This document shows positions 10,626 through 22,690 of a DNA stretch of 64,000 bases, piece after piece. The stretch is from Nemertoderma westbladi (Eukaryota; Animalia; Xenacoelomorpha): the NCBI GenBank assembly GCA_032718475.1, contig JAUCBJ010002074.1:35027-99026 (forward strand), given 5' to 3'. The notes below the pieces were generated by a model that was not told the DNA's origin, searched no databases, and worked only from the letters and a program-made list of their open reading frames with translations. A program made the position numbers and the translations under genes. Position 1 is the stretch's first letter. Each line of letters begins with the position of its first letter.

Positions 10626-11699
10626 AATAAAATTTCAGGGAATCAATTTAAATTCATGCCTTTTAATGAATTTAATAAATTGCCATTTTACGCAATTTAT
10701 AAAGTTCCCAAAATTCCATTAATTAATCAATCAAGGGAGCGGAGATTTATCTTATCATGCGTACGAGAGTGTGAAAGTCTCCCAAACATAGTCATTAGCC
10801 GATAAAATTCATAAAGTCATGTATAAAACCGAACATTGACTATTAAAGAATACTATTAAATAACATTCCAGATCTGTATGCATTGGAACTACCCTAATTC
10901 TACCGCTAGCTTTGCATAATGTCACCATAGCAACAACCACGCTAGAATTAGAATTGAGTTAAAAGAACAATAGAAAGCCTGTCCCATTGAATAGCATAGG
11001 GAATAAATAGCGCACTACTAGTATCCAAGGATACATAATAATACAGTGACATTCTGGAAGGCATTGACTAACGGACAAATGGCCCGAATGTGTGTAATTT
11101 GCGACAAGTTGTGTGTGTGGTATTTGTGAGTTTATAGGTGAATGTTACTGCTAAGGTGTGTTTACAGTAGCTAGTCGCAATCGTAAAGGTAACCTAACTC
11201 TCCAAGGAAAACCCGAAGTACATCTAAGTCTTTGGGACGGACAGTTGAGTGACTTGTGCCGGTTGTCGTTGTCGTTGTGCGGCTACGTCGTTGGCGAAAG
11301 TACAGCGGCGACGACACATCGGCGCTGAGGATCTCGTACTGTCCGGGGTTGATTGAGGTAGGCAGCGACGCCCGCTCGCCTAAATATAAACTCATTATAA
11401 TATGGATAAACTCATATATAGCAGATATGACGGAGTTGATAGAAGATGGTCTTGTCATCCTATCGATTTACACAATACGGACTATGTCGACTATATATCC
11501 TGCCCAGCGGAGTCGGAACCATAAACGGAAATTCGAATGCGAAAATTCTATTCGAAATCGACTCGAAAGAAAAGACACTTAAGAAACAAATGGACGCGGT
11601 AACTCCAACGTATATTTGGAATTCTTGATAGAAGCATTGTAACAACAAATAAATATCACCCGCGTTTACCCTACCAGACGTGCGTCTTTGGTATTATTA

Positions 11700-12540
11700 C
11701 GATAAATGCCCTAGACCCAACTAATAAACGGAAAGACATAAACATCCACGTAAACCGAAACTTGTTGACGTATCACCTATGCTCACTCGGCTCGAACGAT
11801 CCTGGAGTAAACCTACGATCAGAGTCCCGGAATACTCGGTCAAACCTCCTCATTCCTTAGTTGGACCTCAGACCTGCGATCTTGGTGGTGTCGCGGATCC
11901 TCGCGGACTGTATTCACTGTTCAAAGATCTAGTGCTACCCTAACAATTAATCGGTAACACTCCGACAGTGATTTCTAGCTAGCCGCCCATCTTACCTAGC
12001 CGGATTGTGACGCGGACACCTAATATCACTATCCAACCGTATGGTCGTCCACGTTTAACGCGATACAACCCCTCATCAAGGGGAAGGAGAGCGTTGTACG
12101 AAACGAGTTAAACGCTATTTTATAAAGATCAAAAAGGAAACCTGCGTTTGTTCAGATAAACGTAAGTTATAACAGTGAGTCCAATCGATAAACGAATTGG
12201 CCTTATCTCAATTCGATTGGGAAATCCAGAATCTCTAAGAAGTTATCGAACTTGGACGATCCTATTCTCTGCGAGAGTTTTTGGATGAACGTATCCAGCT
12301 ACGAGCGGAGGAAAATCAGCTCGAGGAGAAGCATATCGAAACGGCAGATACCTCGACCACAATCCTACACCTTCTGATGCAATCATATTGCACCCTTCAC
12401 CCAGGAGTTATGGCCCTCCTAGTAAAGTGGCTCCCCCCAAAGAGAAAAAGACTCTTGCTAGCCTCAAAAAACTGCGTAAACGCCGTCTGCGTAAGAAAGA
12501 CTAACTGTTTAGAGTATCTTTATGTTTTAGAAACTGTGAT
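11700..12540 (+). pseudogene. Heavily decayed integrase remnant of the BEL/Pao element
   Basis: LVVSRILADCIHCSKI* (11882-11932) resembles the HHCC integrase zinc finger; LHPGVMALLVKW near 12400 weakly resembles the BEL C-terminal PG.DG..R motif; many stops. Confidence 0.4.
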
Positions 12541-12582
12541 TTTTATATTTTATAGACTGAAAATCCCATTTTCTGGGAGCGG

Positions 12583-13820
12583 TGTAAAAGCCTTTGCTGA
12601 ATTGCCCCGTTATTTTTATTATCTTTTACATTAAAATACTCTGTAGTTGATTTAATAAGTGTAAGAGACCGTATTATTGCTGTATCGGTGTTTTTAGAGG
12701 ATCTAAGACCTATTTCCTCCGTATGTGTACTGTGAAAGGCATATTTTATGATTCTATGGCAATTCGTGACGCAAAGGGGTGATAGCTACTCTTGAACAGT
12801 AGTTACTATGACTACGGTTAACAGCTGACATTCATACGTGTTGATTTCCTTTGTTCTACGGCGTCTCTCAGTTCAGTCAGCCAATTAGAGCGTTTTTGTG
12901 GCTCCTTGTACAGAAAATTTCCGAGAAATGACGCAATGCCTATGTGCAGTGTTTACATTCAGTCCTGAGCAAAAGAAAGAACGGCTTGGAAGTATTTTGT
13001 GCTTTACTGTTTTTAGTCTTACACTAGTAGGTTTAATTACAAGGACATATATCCTTTAACTACCTGACTCATGGAATCACTGCTGACTGATCATACATGC
13101 TGACTGCTGAAACATTGCAAACTCATAACAATCAGTGTTTTCATTGTTGTTTTATACTGCTATTTACCGTCAGTTCTTCATAATATGGTTGATGAATAAT
13201 TATATTTGGAATAACGATAAATAACCCCGAAACCCAATATTCTTGATATACCGAAGGTAAGAGAGAAGGGTTACAGATAAACGATTGTGACTTATGTTAA
13301 AGTGGTTTGAAGTGAATCTAATGTTATTTGATAGACCCTACATGAGTCAGTCTGTGTTCCTTTTATATGTGACTAAAATCAGTGAAGATTGGCAGATTAG
13401 TGTGCAGTATTGTGCAGCATTGTGTATGAGTGAGTCTGTTAAAGAAGCAATTCCTAAAGAATGCGCCATATATGTGAATTATAATTAAGCCATGTCGTTG
13501 TGAGTAGTTTAAGTCATAACTCTGTTTATATAGATAGGGCGCCACGTCCTAAAGGAACTGTTAATATTACCGAAGGTGAATAATATTGTCAGAGATTATA
13601 TAGTACTGTCAGTCGAATAATACATTAGGCTTACATAGCAATAAAATTAAACCGTCGAACCCAATCTCCCGGGAATATCCAGCGGGTGAATGATCGCGCA
13701 CAGATTGGTTTCGACTAGTGTAGTGAATCAAATACTTGTCATAGACTAAAAACCGATTTAATATCTAGAAGACATCTTAATTTGGTGGGTTAAACTGCCA
13801 AAGGTCTGAAAGCGCGAACA
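12583..13820 (+). repeat. 3' LTR (1238 bp), preceded by short purine-rich gggagcgg (putative PPT)
   Basis: Copy of 1299-2536 at offset 11284; followed by TSD CATTA. Confidence 0.97.
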
Positions 13821-13825
13821 CATTA

Positions 13826-16592
13826 CTCTGACTGTCTACGCTTCCAAACTCTAGAGAACTTAGAAAATCTCAGTCACTTACCTTTCCCTTATGAAACAAC
13901 AGAAAGTGACGCAGATGGTCACCTTCTTATTGTTGCATGGAATGTAGAAGGAATTAATTCAACAATTGATACAACTTTAGATGAAACTTTCGTGACATCC
14001 GATGTTATTTTGATGACTGAGACTCTTGCGAGTGAGATTAACCTTCCTGGGTATGTAACATTCAATGTTCCCTGTGATAAAAACGAGACAGGCCGTCCGT
14101 CTGGTGGAATCGCAATCTCAGTGAATTCGAAATACAATGTTAACTGTAAAGAAATTACCTCCAGCAGTTCTACCATTGCTATAGCCTGCGGTAACTATGT
14201 CTTTATGGCGTGTTATTACACTCCACAGACATATGTATCAGATATTTTACTAGAACTCATACCTATGATCTCAGATGTTCGAAAGAAGACAGGAAAACCA
14301 ATAATTGTATATGGTGATTTTAACTGTAGATTAGACGCTTCAGGTGAAAGGGGCAATGTATTGTGTAGTGGGCTTATGGGAGCAAACCTTCAGTGCATTA
14401 ATGATCCTGTAATACCGACCTACTATTGTTGGAATGGAAGCAGTGCAATTGATTTATTCTTTGTTGATGCGTCACTGATAGACATGGTTGATATAAACGT
14501 GCAACCAACAGTTAACACAAAGCATCAGCGTGTTCGAGTGAACCTTCAATGTAATGGATTGAAAACAAAGATACCGCGCACTACAGCGATAAAGAAGGTC
14601 GACGTAGACAAACTCTCAAATGAGCTTAACCTGAATAAATGTATGGACGCAGCTAACAAGGGTGTTACCGATCTCAATGAGTACATAACGAACGCTATTA
14701 GGATATCTGCAACCCCAGCGAGACCTAGAAAATTAAACCGGTGGTTTGACGTTGAATGCCGAAACACTAAGAATGATGTATGTAGCAGTCTCAGGTCTAT
14801 GAAAGAAAATCCAAACGAAGAAACTCGCTTACTATATCGGGAATTACAATCACGCTATAAGATACTGCTTAAACGTAAGAAAAAACTATTTCTACATAAC
14901 CAGGAGACCAAAATAATTCTGGAATGCGAAAATGACAGATCAAATTTCTGGAATATTATTAAACATCAGCAGCAACAAAAACCCACTGCTCAACATGTAT
15001 CAGCAGAATCCTGGAATGATAATTTCTCCACATTACTAGCAGCGAATGAATCCTTGTCTCAACCAACAGTTCCAGAACAACCCAATAACTATTTAGATCA
15101 GCCAATAGAAAGTGAAGAAGTTGCGGACACAATCAGGAAACAAAAGTCAGGGAAAGCGCCGGGGCCAGACGGTATAACAAATGATGTGATCAAGCAGATA
15201 TCGGTGGGTGCGCTCCCATATTTATTAATGCTAATCCAACTGTGTTTTACTACAGCAACTTGTCCTGCAGCATGGCTATATGCCTACCTTATACCATTAT
15301 TCAAAGGAAAGGGGGCTAAGTCTGAGCCTGGAAATTACCGTGGGATTGCCCTCCTGTGCTGTATGTTGAAAGTGTATACGTCGATTCTCTGTGGACGATT
15401 ATACTGCTGGGCCGAATCTACAGGAATCCTGCCGGATGAGCAATTTGGTTTTCGCAAATCCAGATCAACCATTATGGCGGTACGGCGGCTATACGAATAC
15501 ATTAACTCCGTCCTCAGCAACTCGGGTGGGCATGTATACTGTGTGTTCGTAGATTTCACAAAAGCCTTCGATTCGGTTGATCGTCAGCATTTAATGAAGA
15601 AGCTATCAATATGCGGGGTAAGCAGAAAGTTCATTACCATTCTGTGGTCTATACTAGCGGTAAACTATGTGTGCATATGTGTCGGAAGATATGTAATAAA
15701 TCCCATAGCACAGACCATTGGAGTTCTCCAAGGGGATAAGCTGTCACCATTACTGTTTAGCATATTTGTATATGATCTACCAGCAGCAATCGCATTAGCG
15801 TCATGTTATGTACTTATGTACGCAGATGATTTAGTAATATATGGAGAATCAATCAACGACGTGCAGGCCTCTCTTAACAAACTTGCTGAGTTCTGCTTGT
15901 TAAATAAATTATCAGTTAATCTCACAAAGACTAAAGCTGTGAAATGTAGAAACGGAGGACGTTTTTCAAACGATGATATTTTACTATTTAATGGAAAACA
16001 AATACAATTCGTAAGAAGTTTCGAATACCTCGGAGTAGTTTTGTCAACCCAAAATGGTCCATCGGCTCATTACCAACACCTATACAATAAAGGAATAGCA
16101 TGTTGTGCTCGCTTGGCTTGTAAAGTTAAGTTGACCTCGATCTCGATGCGTTCAGCAAAGAGGTTGTGGCTAGGCATTGTCCGACCTACAGTGACTTATG
16201 GGTGTGAGATATTTACGACAGGTGATCTTGACGGCTTGGATCATGTGAGACGGACCCGCGCGTTTTACTGGAAGATGTGGGCGGGTATCTCAAAGTACTC
16301 CTCTTCAACGGACTTACTCGAAGTTATCGATAATAACGGTACGGGCAGCACTGGCCTAGACATCGAGCCCCTATACGGGTTCAGGCGTCGCGCGGCCGCT
16401 CAGCTGATCGTTAACGGCTGCCACCAACGATGCTGCGACACGCCAAAATGCTGGCGACCGACTGATACCTGCATATGCAAACTGTGTCACCGCGCTGCGG
16501 ACACGAACTTACATTATACAATCTGCGAGGGGATCCCACCAAACACCACATCGTTACGGAAAGCAATATTTTCAATGACCCTGGAACTCTAA
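13826..16592 (+). CDS. LINE-A ORF2 main body: APE endonuclease, reverse transcriptase, C-terminal Cys/His domain (separated from its N-terminus by the LTR element)
   Basis: AWNVEG, LMTET, GRPSGG, GDFN, SAIDL (APE); KAPGPDG, NYRGIALL, QFGFR, FVDFTKAFDSV, GVLQGDKLSPLLF, MYADD, YLGV (RT); CICKLCH...HYTIC; stop-free from the TSD to 16592. Confidence 0.93.
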
Positions 16593-16784
16593 TTCTTTTA
16601 ATAATAATAATATGCAATAATAATAATAATTTTAATTACTTTATATATTTTAATAATTTGGTAAACCACCTCTTAACAACCTACCTAGTTTGTGCGCTAC
16701 CAACAGTATATTCAACATGCATATTTCATCTTATTTATCCGAATGTTTGGATGATAATTAAATAATTCAAAAATAAAAATTTGA

Positions 16785-17170
16785 TTTGTTGTGTTTTCTG
16801 TTTCCGCAGCTTTTTAACGATAGTTGTGAAATTGTTGCTACCCCTCTTCCCATTATCTGAATCGACAATGGTTGAAGCAAGGCAACTTTCCGCTTCCTCT
16901 GTCTGTATATCCGGGACTGTAGGTCTGTTGGAGTCTAGATCAGGTTGCCTATTGTCGATATTAACTTTTGCGTTTAACTGAGATACTTCCGCTCGCAGTC
17001 GGGCAACTTGCAGCCTTCAAGAAGTAGCGCGGTGAGCTTTTCATTAGGCACGTCAGCAAGAGTTTCTCTATTAACTGCAATCTGTTCACATGTTTTAACT
17101 TAATGACTTAATAACGATTTATTTCTTCCTAGTTTCTCTTGACAACTTCACGGCACCGTCATCCATGACA
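16785..17170 (-). pseudogene. Possible decayed ORF1-like (coiled-coil) fragment of another LINE
   Basis: Minus-strand reading ...ARLRAEVSQLNAKVNIDNRQPDLDSNRPT...NNFTTIVKKLRK with stops and frameshifts upstream; composition only, no diagnostic motif. Confidence 0.25.
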
Positions 17171-17640
17171 AATACAACGTTTCAGATAATGTATCAAAAT
17201 TATTTTTTTAGGCAGTTTTATAATTAGATAGAAGAAGTGATCAGTCAGAATTCAGCAGTTTAATGCGTTTTCGTATTGCTATTGGAGTACTACTGTGTAC
17301 TATATCTGTATATGAAAACTACAGTAATTACAGTAATACTGTGATTACGTTTTATAAATTGTACTGTACTTAGGTACATCTTTATTTTTGAGTCAGAGTA
17401 TTGTCTCTCCCTTGGTGAAGTTGTACATGGTGTAATTACTGTACGTTTTATTTTATCTGTACGTTTGTTTTAGGTTAGCGAATTACAATTTTGATTGTAT
17501 AATATTGTATTTAAAAGCTGCAAAGCTTTAGGGGCACTCCTATATGTTAAGGACAATACCTTTATACTGGTACATTGTTTGGTGTATTTGTTATTGTTTT
17601 CTACACATATAAATAAATCCAATTTACCATAATTACCAAC

Positions 17641-17730
17641 CTGTTCGCTTTCATTAGGATTTGCACGTTTTACGCCACCCATTGTTCGTAAGCAAGATAG
17701 AATATTCCTCAAACCAAAATCATAATGAAC
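17641..17730 (-). CDS. DNAH5: Axonemal dynein heavy chain (DNAH5/8-like) exon 7 in window
   Basis: ttttag|[30 protein letters not shown]|gttggt; phase 0 from the previous exon. Donor position slightly uncertain; next exon not found in window. Confidence 0.9.
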
Positions 17731-18245
17731 CTAAAATGTATTTAAATAACACTCTAATACTTTATAACTTATTATGGGCCCAATTCGCAAAGGAGCTATA
17801 TAGATCATATGATTACAAATTGTGAAAGACGAATTAATTTCTTATATGGCGCAGTCTATCGCCAAAAAATAGTTGAGACCATTGTCCCATTCAGGGTACA
17901 AAAATAGTTCAGACCATTATTGTCCCATTGATGGTACATTTCAAATTAGTCTTAGGACAAATTATTTTGATGCTTCTAATATGCTCAAAAGGGAGACCAA
18001 GGTATCAATGGAAAAATACTAGCAGCATAAAACTGAAGTCGTACTCAGAAGCAATTGGCAGCAGAGTGAGAGATCTCAACATCGCTGTCCGTACGTCAAC
18101 TGCTGAATGGACCAAACAACAATTGGAAAATTATTCAAATGAATTCTGTAAAATCCTGTCCCAGAAATCTAACAAGTGGATACACAAACGAAAAAACATA
18201 CCAATTGAACTACTAGGATCAGCATGATGCATTGCAGCTGCATTT

Positions 18246-18812
18246 TTAAGAATGCTGTGCCGGCTTGTCGACAAAATTTCGCCGCCACAACTCCCTATCA
18301 CCCATGACATTTGCTAGATCATCCGCATCTTCAAGGCCAGTGTCCTTTAAGATGCGTCTCAAGAAAGTCATGGGCTGTCCACCATGCTTATTCACTCCAT
18401 GAGGAGGCCAAAGTACAAGACTATGCACTGGCTGATCCTCACGGCGAAAGCAATGTCCTGCAAAGCGGAGGCGATTTTGTTCTAGTGTCAAGCTTGGGGG
18501 AACCAATGAGACACCTCCAATGTTATATAGTGTCTGGTTGGAGATGTGTGCATTGTACTTGACACAATGAACCCGGCGTAGCATTCTTGTGAATGTGCCA
18601 TCCAGAGATTTGGTGTCCTCAGCAGTTAGAGCCCAGCATGGACTCCCGTAGAGGAGTACTGGAACTACTGCTGCTCTAAATAATCGGACCTTAAGTTTCC
18701 GATTAATTCTAGGTGACTTCCAAATCCTGGAAAGCCTATTCAAGGCTGCCCATGCCTTTCCCTTACGTATTCGAAGGTCCTCGACTTCCTGACTTCCGGA
18801 TCCATGATCCAA
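18246..18812 (-). mobile_element. RTE-clade LINE 3' fragment
   Basis: RIRKGKAWAALNRLSRIWKS...KVRLFRAAVVPVLLYGS..W...RLRFAGHCFR...MGDRELWRR, typical RTE post-RT region. Confidence 0.88.
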
Positions 18813-19344
18813 GGTAACAGAGGTTAAGAAACTTATGGAAGTATTAAATCCTCACTTATGCAGAGTGGTAATGGCCTACTACCAATCAGGGGGGATATTG
18901 ATACGGTATGGGAGTTTTCTTGAAACTGAAAGTACACCTGTTCGAATTGGGGTAAAACAAGGATCTCTTCTGGGACCAACATTATTAAATTTTTTCTTAG
19001 CAGACACATTAAAAGAAATAAAAAAGAATGGTGGAGGACTATGCATATTTCAAGGACATAGAGCTTGCTGTTTCTCTTACGCAGATGACTTCATCTTATT
19101 CGGACTAACCCAAACAGCCATTGAGAAAAACGTAGAGGAGCTTCAGTAACGTTTAAATAATATTGATATGGAATTGGATTTTACAAAAAAGTACTGGATG
19201 ATGTTAAATTGTACGAAATCTGAAGCAAAAGCGCCAGTTTTCCTCAACCTCTGGCCCATATGCTCTGGTCGCAGAGTCAAGTCATTTGAAATTTCTGGAA
19301 TACAAAATTTTCCACACTAATTATGAGATATACAGCGAATCTGT

Positions 19345-21289
19345 CCGTCTAATAAGGGGAAAGTAAGTCTAATACCGTCTAATAGGTACCGTCCAATAAG
19401 GGGAAAGTAAGTCTAATACCGTCTAATAAGGGGAAAGTAAGTCTAATACCGTCTAATAGGTACCGTCTAATAAGGGGAAAGTAAGTCTAATACCGTCTAA
19501 TAAGGGGAAAGTAAGTCTAATACCGTCTAATAGGTACCGTCTAATAAGGGGAAAGTAAGTCTAATACCGTCTAATAGGTACCGTCTAATAAGGGGAAAGT
19601 AAGTCTAATACCGTCTAATAAGGGGAAAGTAAGTCTAATACCGTCTAATAGGTACCGTCTAATAAGGGGAAAGTAAGTCTAATACCGTCTAATAAGGGGA
19701 AAGTAAGTCTAATACCGTCTAATAAGGGGGGAAAGTAAGTCTAATACCGTCTAATAGGTACCGTCTAATAAGGGGAAAGTAAGTCTAATACCGTCTAATA
19801 GGTACCGTCTAATAAGGGGAAAGTAAGTCTAATACCGTCTAATAGGTACCGTCTAATAGGTACCGTCTAATAAGGGGAAAGTAAGTCTAATACCGTCTAA
19901 TAGGTACCGTCTAATAAGGGGAAAGTAAGTCTAATACCGTCTAATAAGGGGAAAGTAAGTCTAATACCGTCTAATAAGGGGAAAGTAAGTCTAATACCGT
20001 CTAATAGGTACCGTCTAATAAGGGGAAAGTAAGTCTAATACCGTCTAATAGGTACCGTCTAATAAGGGGAAAGTAAGTCTAATACCGTCTAATAAGGGGA
20101 AAGTAAGTCTAATACCGTCTAATAAGGGGAAAGTAAGTCTAATACCGTCTAATAGGTACCGTCTAATAAGGGGAAAGTAAGTCTAATACCGTCTAATAAG
20201 GGGAAAGTAAGTCTAATACCGTCTAATAGGTACCGTCTAATAAGGGGAAAGTAAGTCTAATACCGTCTAATAAGGGGAAAGTAAGTCTAATACCGTCTAA
20301 TAAGGGGAAAGTAAGTCTAATACCGTCTAATAAGGGGAAAGTAAGTCTAATACCGTCTAATAGGTACCGTCTAATAAGGGGAAAGTAAGTCTAATACCGT
20401 CTAATAAGGGGAAAGTAAGTCTAATACCGTCTAATAAGGGGAAAGCAAGTCTAATACAGTCTAATAAGGGGAAAGTAAGTCTAATACCGTCTAATAGGTA
20501 CCGTCTAATAAGGGGAAAGTAAGTCTAATACCGTCTAATAGGTACCGTCTAATAAGGGGAAAGTAAGTCTAATACCGTCTAATAAGGGGAAAGTAAGTCT
20601 AATACCGTCTAATAAGGGGAAAGTAAGTCTAATACCGTCTAATAGGTACCGTCTAATAAGGGGAAAGTAAGTCTAATACCGTCTAATAGGTACCGTCTAA
20701 TAAGGGGAAAGTAAGTCTAATACCGTCTAATAAGGGGAAAGTAAGTCTAATACCGTCTAATAGGTACCGTCTAATAAGGGGAAAGTAAGTCTAATACCGT
20801 CTAATAAGGGGAAAGTAAGTCTAATACCGTCTAATAGGTACCGTCTAATAAGGGGAAAGTAAGTCTAATACCGTCTAATAAGGGGAAAGTAAGTCTAATA
20901 CCGTCTAATAAGGGGAAAGTAAGTCTAATACCGTCTAATAAGGGGAAAGTAAGTCTAATACCGTCTAATAAGGGGAAAGTAAGTCTAATACCGTCTAATA
21001 AGGGGAAAGTAAGTCTAATACCGTCTAATAGGTACCGTCTAATAAGGGGAAAGTAAGTCTAATACCGTCTAATAGGTACCGTCTAATAAGGGGAAAGTAA
21101 GTCTAATACCGTCTAATAAGGGGAAAGTAAGTCTAATACCGTCTAATAAGGGGAAAGTAAGTCTAATACCGTCTAATAGGTACCGTCTAATAAGGGGAAA
21201 GTAAGTCTAATACCGTCTAATAGGTACCGTCTAATAAGGGGAAAGTAAGTCTAATACCGTCTAATAGGTACCGTCTAATAAGGGGAAAG
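19345..21289. repeat. Compound minisatellite: 30-bp unit gtctaataaggggaaagtaagtctaatacc interspersed with 14-bp gtctaataggtacc
   Basis: Directly visible, about 1.95 kb. Confidence 0.97.
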
Positions 21290-21765
21290 CTTCAGATCAA
21301 TTGGATAGACTGCAAGATGGGGATACCTATAACAAGGGGAAAGCTTCAGATCAATTGGATAGACTGCAAGATGGGGATACCTATAACAAGGGGAAAGCTT
21401 CAGATCAATTGGATAGACTGCAAGATGGGGATACCTATAACAAGGGGAAAGCTTCAGATCAATTGGATAGACTGCAAGATGGGGATACCTATAATACGGG
21501 GAAAGCTACAGATCAATTGGATAGACTGCAAGATGGGGATACCTATAACAAGGGGAAAGCTTCAGATCAATTGGATAGACTGCAAGATGGGGATACCTAT
21601 AACAAGGGGAAAGCTTCAGATCAATTGGATAGACTGCAAGATGGGAATACCTATAACAAGGGGAAAGCTTCAGATCAATTGGATAGACTGCAAGATGGGA
21701 ATACCTATAACAAGGGGAAAGCTTCAGATCAATTGGATAGACTGCAAGATGGGGATACCTATAAC
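21280..21765. repeat. 54-bp tandem repeat, 9 copies
   Basis: aaggggaaagcttcagatcaattggatagactgcaagatggggatacctataac x9. Confidence 0.97.
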
Positions 21766-22140
21766 AACACTTGCTAGGCTGTTACCTATTCATTACCCAT
21801 TGTTCATTACAACTATTTTACTATCTACTCAGGAGCATTATCAGATACTCAAAGGAGATCATTGGAAGTTCTATATAGAAGGACATTGCGTCGGTTGCTT
21901 CACATCGGCAACAACATATTGAGCACAAAAGTATTACATGCACTATTCGGGATCAATATACTAACCGAGGACACAAATCAGTATGTGATGAGATTGGATT
22001 GGAGCTTCAAAACAATCACACCCCTAATTCATAATCTAAAAAATATAGCGGAATTTCGGATATTAGTTTATGCGCCACCGTGTTCAAAAATGGTGCGCAG
22101 TGGAGACCGATTTTGCGCCATTGGGGTTCTCAATTCAAAA

Positions 22141-22288
22141 CACTTCATTACACACCAATGGCACGCCAAATCGGTACAACACTTAATTGCACACCAATGG
22201 TACGCCATATCGGTACAACACTTCATTACACACCAATGGTGCGCCATATCGGTACACCATTCCACTACACACGAATGGTGCGCCATCG
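22141..22288. repeat. Diverged 39-bp tandem repeat, about 4 copies
   Basis: cacttcattacacaccaatggyrcgccatatcggtacaa-like units. Confidence 0.8.
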
Positions 22289-22389
22289 ATTGTTTTCCTA
22301 TGGCGTGGTGATGTTCCAATTATATGAAGAGGATACAAGAATGTGAAACTTTTGTTACTTATTTATCTATTTGTGTATTATAAACCCAC

Positions 22390-22584
22390 CTGTTTACTAA
22401 GTTGCTCCTCACAAAGTTTATATAAAGTAAAGAACTTCTTGCTAAGCATAACGTTGCTCTGGAAACCAGCGCTGGCTAACTTGACTCGCATTATTATTTG
22501 TCTATCTGGAACCATCATCGCACACGAACGGAAATTAATCTTCAAGTTCTCAGGGAGTTCTTGTCTACCCGCATAACCGGGGTT
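22390..22584 (-). CDS. DNAH5: Dynein heavy chain exon 6 in window (AAA1 sensor region)
   Basis: ttacag|[65 protein letters not shown]|gtgggt; 195 bp, phase 0/0; not in the ORF track. Confidence 0.96.
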
Positions 22585-22690
22585 CTGTAATCAAATGATA
22601 TTTAATTATTGTTTCAAACAAGAATTATTACACACAACAGTTCGGGGAAAACAAGCACAATAAAATAGAGTAAAAGTTATATTATTACTA

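Larger units (their letters stand above)
1299..13820 (+). mobile_element. BEL/Pao-type LTR retrotransposon, non-autonomous (gag-protease intact; RT absent; RNase H and integrase vestigial)
   Basis: TG...CA direct repeats of 1238 bp, 5-bp TSD CATTA at 1294-1298 and 13821-13825, BEL/Pao-style triple zinc knuckle and DSGS protease. Confidence 0.95.
311..16780 (+). mobile_element. Two-ORF non-LTR retrotransposon (APE-RT LINE, RTE-X-like, clade uncertain), 'LINE-A', interrupted by the LTR element at 1299-13820
   Basis: ORF1-like region 311-1176; ORF2 is rejoined across the CATTA TSD and has APE, RT and a C-terminal Cys/His domain; AT-rich 3' UTR ends about 16780. 5' boundary not defined. Confidence 0.88.
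18813..22050 (+). mobile_element. Degenerate LINE RT fragment split by two tandem arrays (may extend left to about 17900)
   Basis: GVKQGSLLGPTLLNFFL...FSYADDFIL (18835-19149); reading resumes after 21767 (...RSLEVLYRRTLRRLLHIG). Confidence 0.75.

Noticed and set aside
10734-10741. Internal copy of the PPT-like gggagcgg (central PPT)
   Set aside because: An 8-mer match in 10 kb is not significant without comparative data.
1-17640. Next dynein exon (expected ...MRVLRDMNLSKL...)
   Set aside because: Not found on the minus strand by eye; presumably lies beyond the window start.
21301-21922. Repeat-protein ORFs (DRLQDGDTYNKGKASDQL / GIPITRGKLQINWIDCKM)
   Set aside because: Product of the 54-bp array amplified from a dead LINE.
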